DNA from: Catajapyx aquilonaris | Lineage: Eukaryota | Length of the DNA: 33,045 nt | Reading direction: 5' to 3' | Assembly (NCBI GenBank): GCA_000934665.2 | Contig: KZ539137.1 | Location: 1 to 33,045 of the forward strand | Shown: in pieces, positions 32,279 to 33,045 of the stretch | Numbering within the stretch: position 1 is the first letter of the stretch | Layout of the letters: each line of letters opens with the position of its first letter | The notes under the pieces: model-generated | Seen by the model: only the letters and a program-made list of their open reading frames with translations | Database searches by the model: none | What the model was told of the DNA's origin: nothing | Program-made: the position numbers and the translations under genes

Positions 32279-33045
32279 CAATTATGCATTTTAATGTCAT
32301 GGGGTATTAATTGCACATGACTGTGTGTATGTAGTACCTGAACTCTGGCACCATATGGACGCACCCAGATAATCGGGAGTACAGTGTACTTCCATAAAGC
32401 CCTGTGTATTTATACTCCTGATGTAACAGACTCATTTTACCTGAACTCTGCTGTAACAGCCAATTTCTTGGCCCCTTGAAGGGAAAATAGCTTTTTCTGG
32501 CATATAATTGGCAACAAGGAGATGACAGAAGAAAATTACAGGTTTTTTATGTCCTGCATAATAATTTTTGGGTGAGATAATTTGCATTTTTGGTGGATTT
32601 CATTAGTAGTGTGCATTATAGACATGGAAAGCAGAAAACTTCGTGTATTTGTTGCATAAATGGCGATTTGGTTATAACAGACCTCAGTTATAACTGGAGT
32701 CTGAAATTTTAGGCATGAAAAAACCCTGAAATAGGCGCAAAAATTTTACTTTTGTGGGAATATGGAGGATAATGTTACAGAAAATAAGCTTAACAAATTT
32801 TATAGGCCTAAAGTATAAATATAAGGTCACAAACCGAATAACAATGATAAACTGACAAAATTGCAAAACTTGGACAAAGACACAAAGTGCAAGCAAGGAG
32901 AGCCGGCCTTAGGGGTGGGCAGTCCGGGCGACCGCCCGGAGCCCCGCGCCGTGTGACCTTGAACCCCCTTAGGGGTCGTCCATAAACCACGTGACCGATT
33001 TTGGGGCACTTTTTGACCCCCTCGTCCCCCCCAGTGACCGACCGT

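Noticed and set aside
32541..32561. Possible tiny ERGIC2 terminal exon (GFLCPA*)
   Set aside because: Purine-rich acceptor context and too short to complete the second TM segment and tail; the true exon is probably beyond the window.
1..33045. Prokaryote-type systems (CRISPR arrays, operons, retrons)
   Set aside because: No regularly spaced repeats, and all genes have spliceosomal introns.

Overview
Eukaryotic, most likely arthropod, nuclear DNA with spliced genes. The taxon is inferred from the insect-like RpS9 N-terminus and a ZAD-like zinc-finger remnant. From left to right: (1) a C2H2 zinc-finger locus with a partly decayed 5' module (~1395-2150) and an intact six-finger terminal exon (3632-4447); (2) a dead hAT transposon with nested MITEs; (3) RpS9/uS4 (+, three coding exons, 193 aa), whose introns hold two near-identical box C/D snoRNA candidates and one dual-guide box H/ACA snoRNA; (4) Sac1 phosphoinositide phosphatase (-, four coding exons, 598 aa), tail-to-tail with RpS9 and only 79 nt from its stop codon; (5) ERGIC2/Erv41 (+, four exons seen, 3' end not found), head-to-head with Sac1. 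Introns are dense with MITEs (Tc1/mariner, pogo, hAT, Harbinger and Kolobok-like) and three families of tRNA-derived SINEs. The most novel-looking items are the RpS9 intronic RNAs. The H/ACA RNA joins a SNORA41-like guide to a SNORA48-like guide, and the duplicated C/D RNA has no confident target. Family and rRNA comparisons were made from memory; no searches were run.
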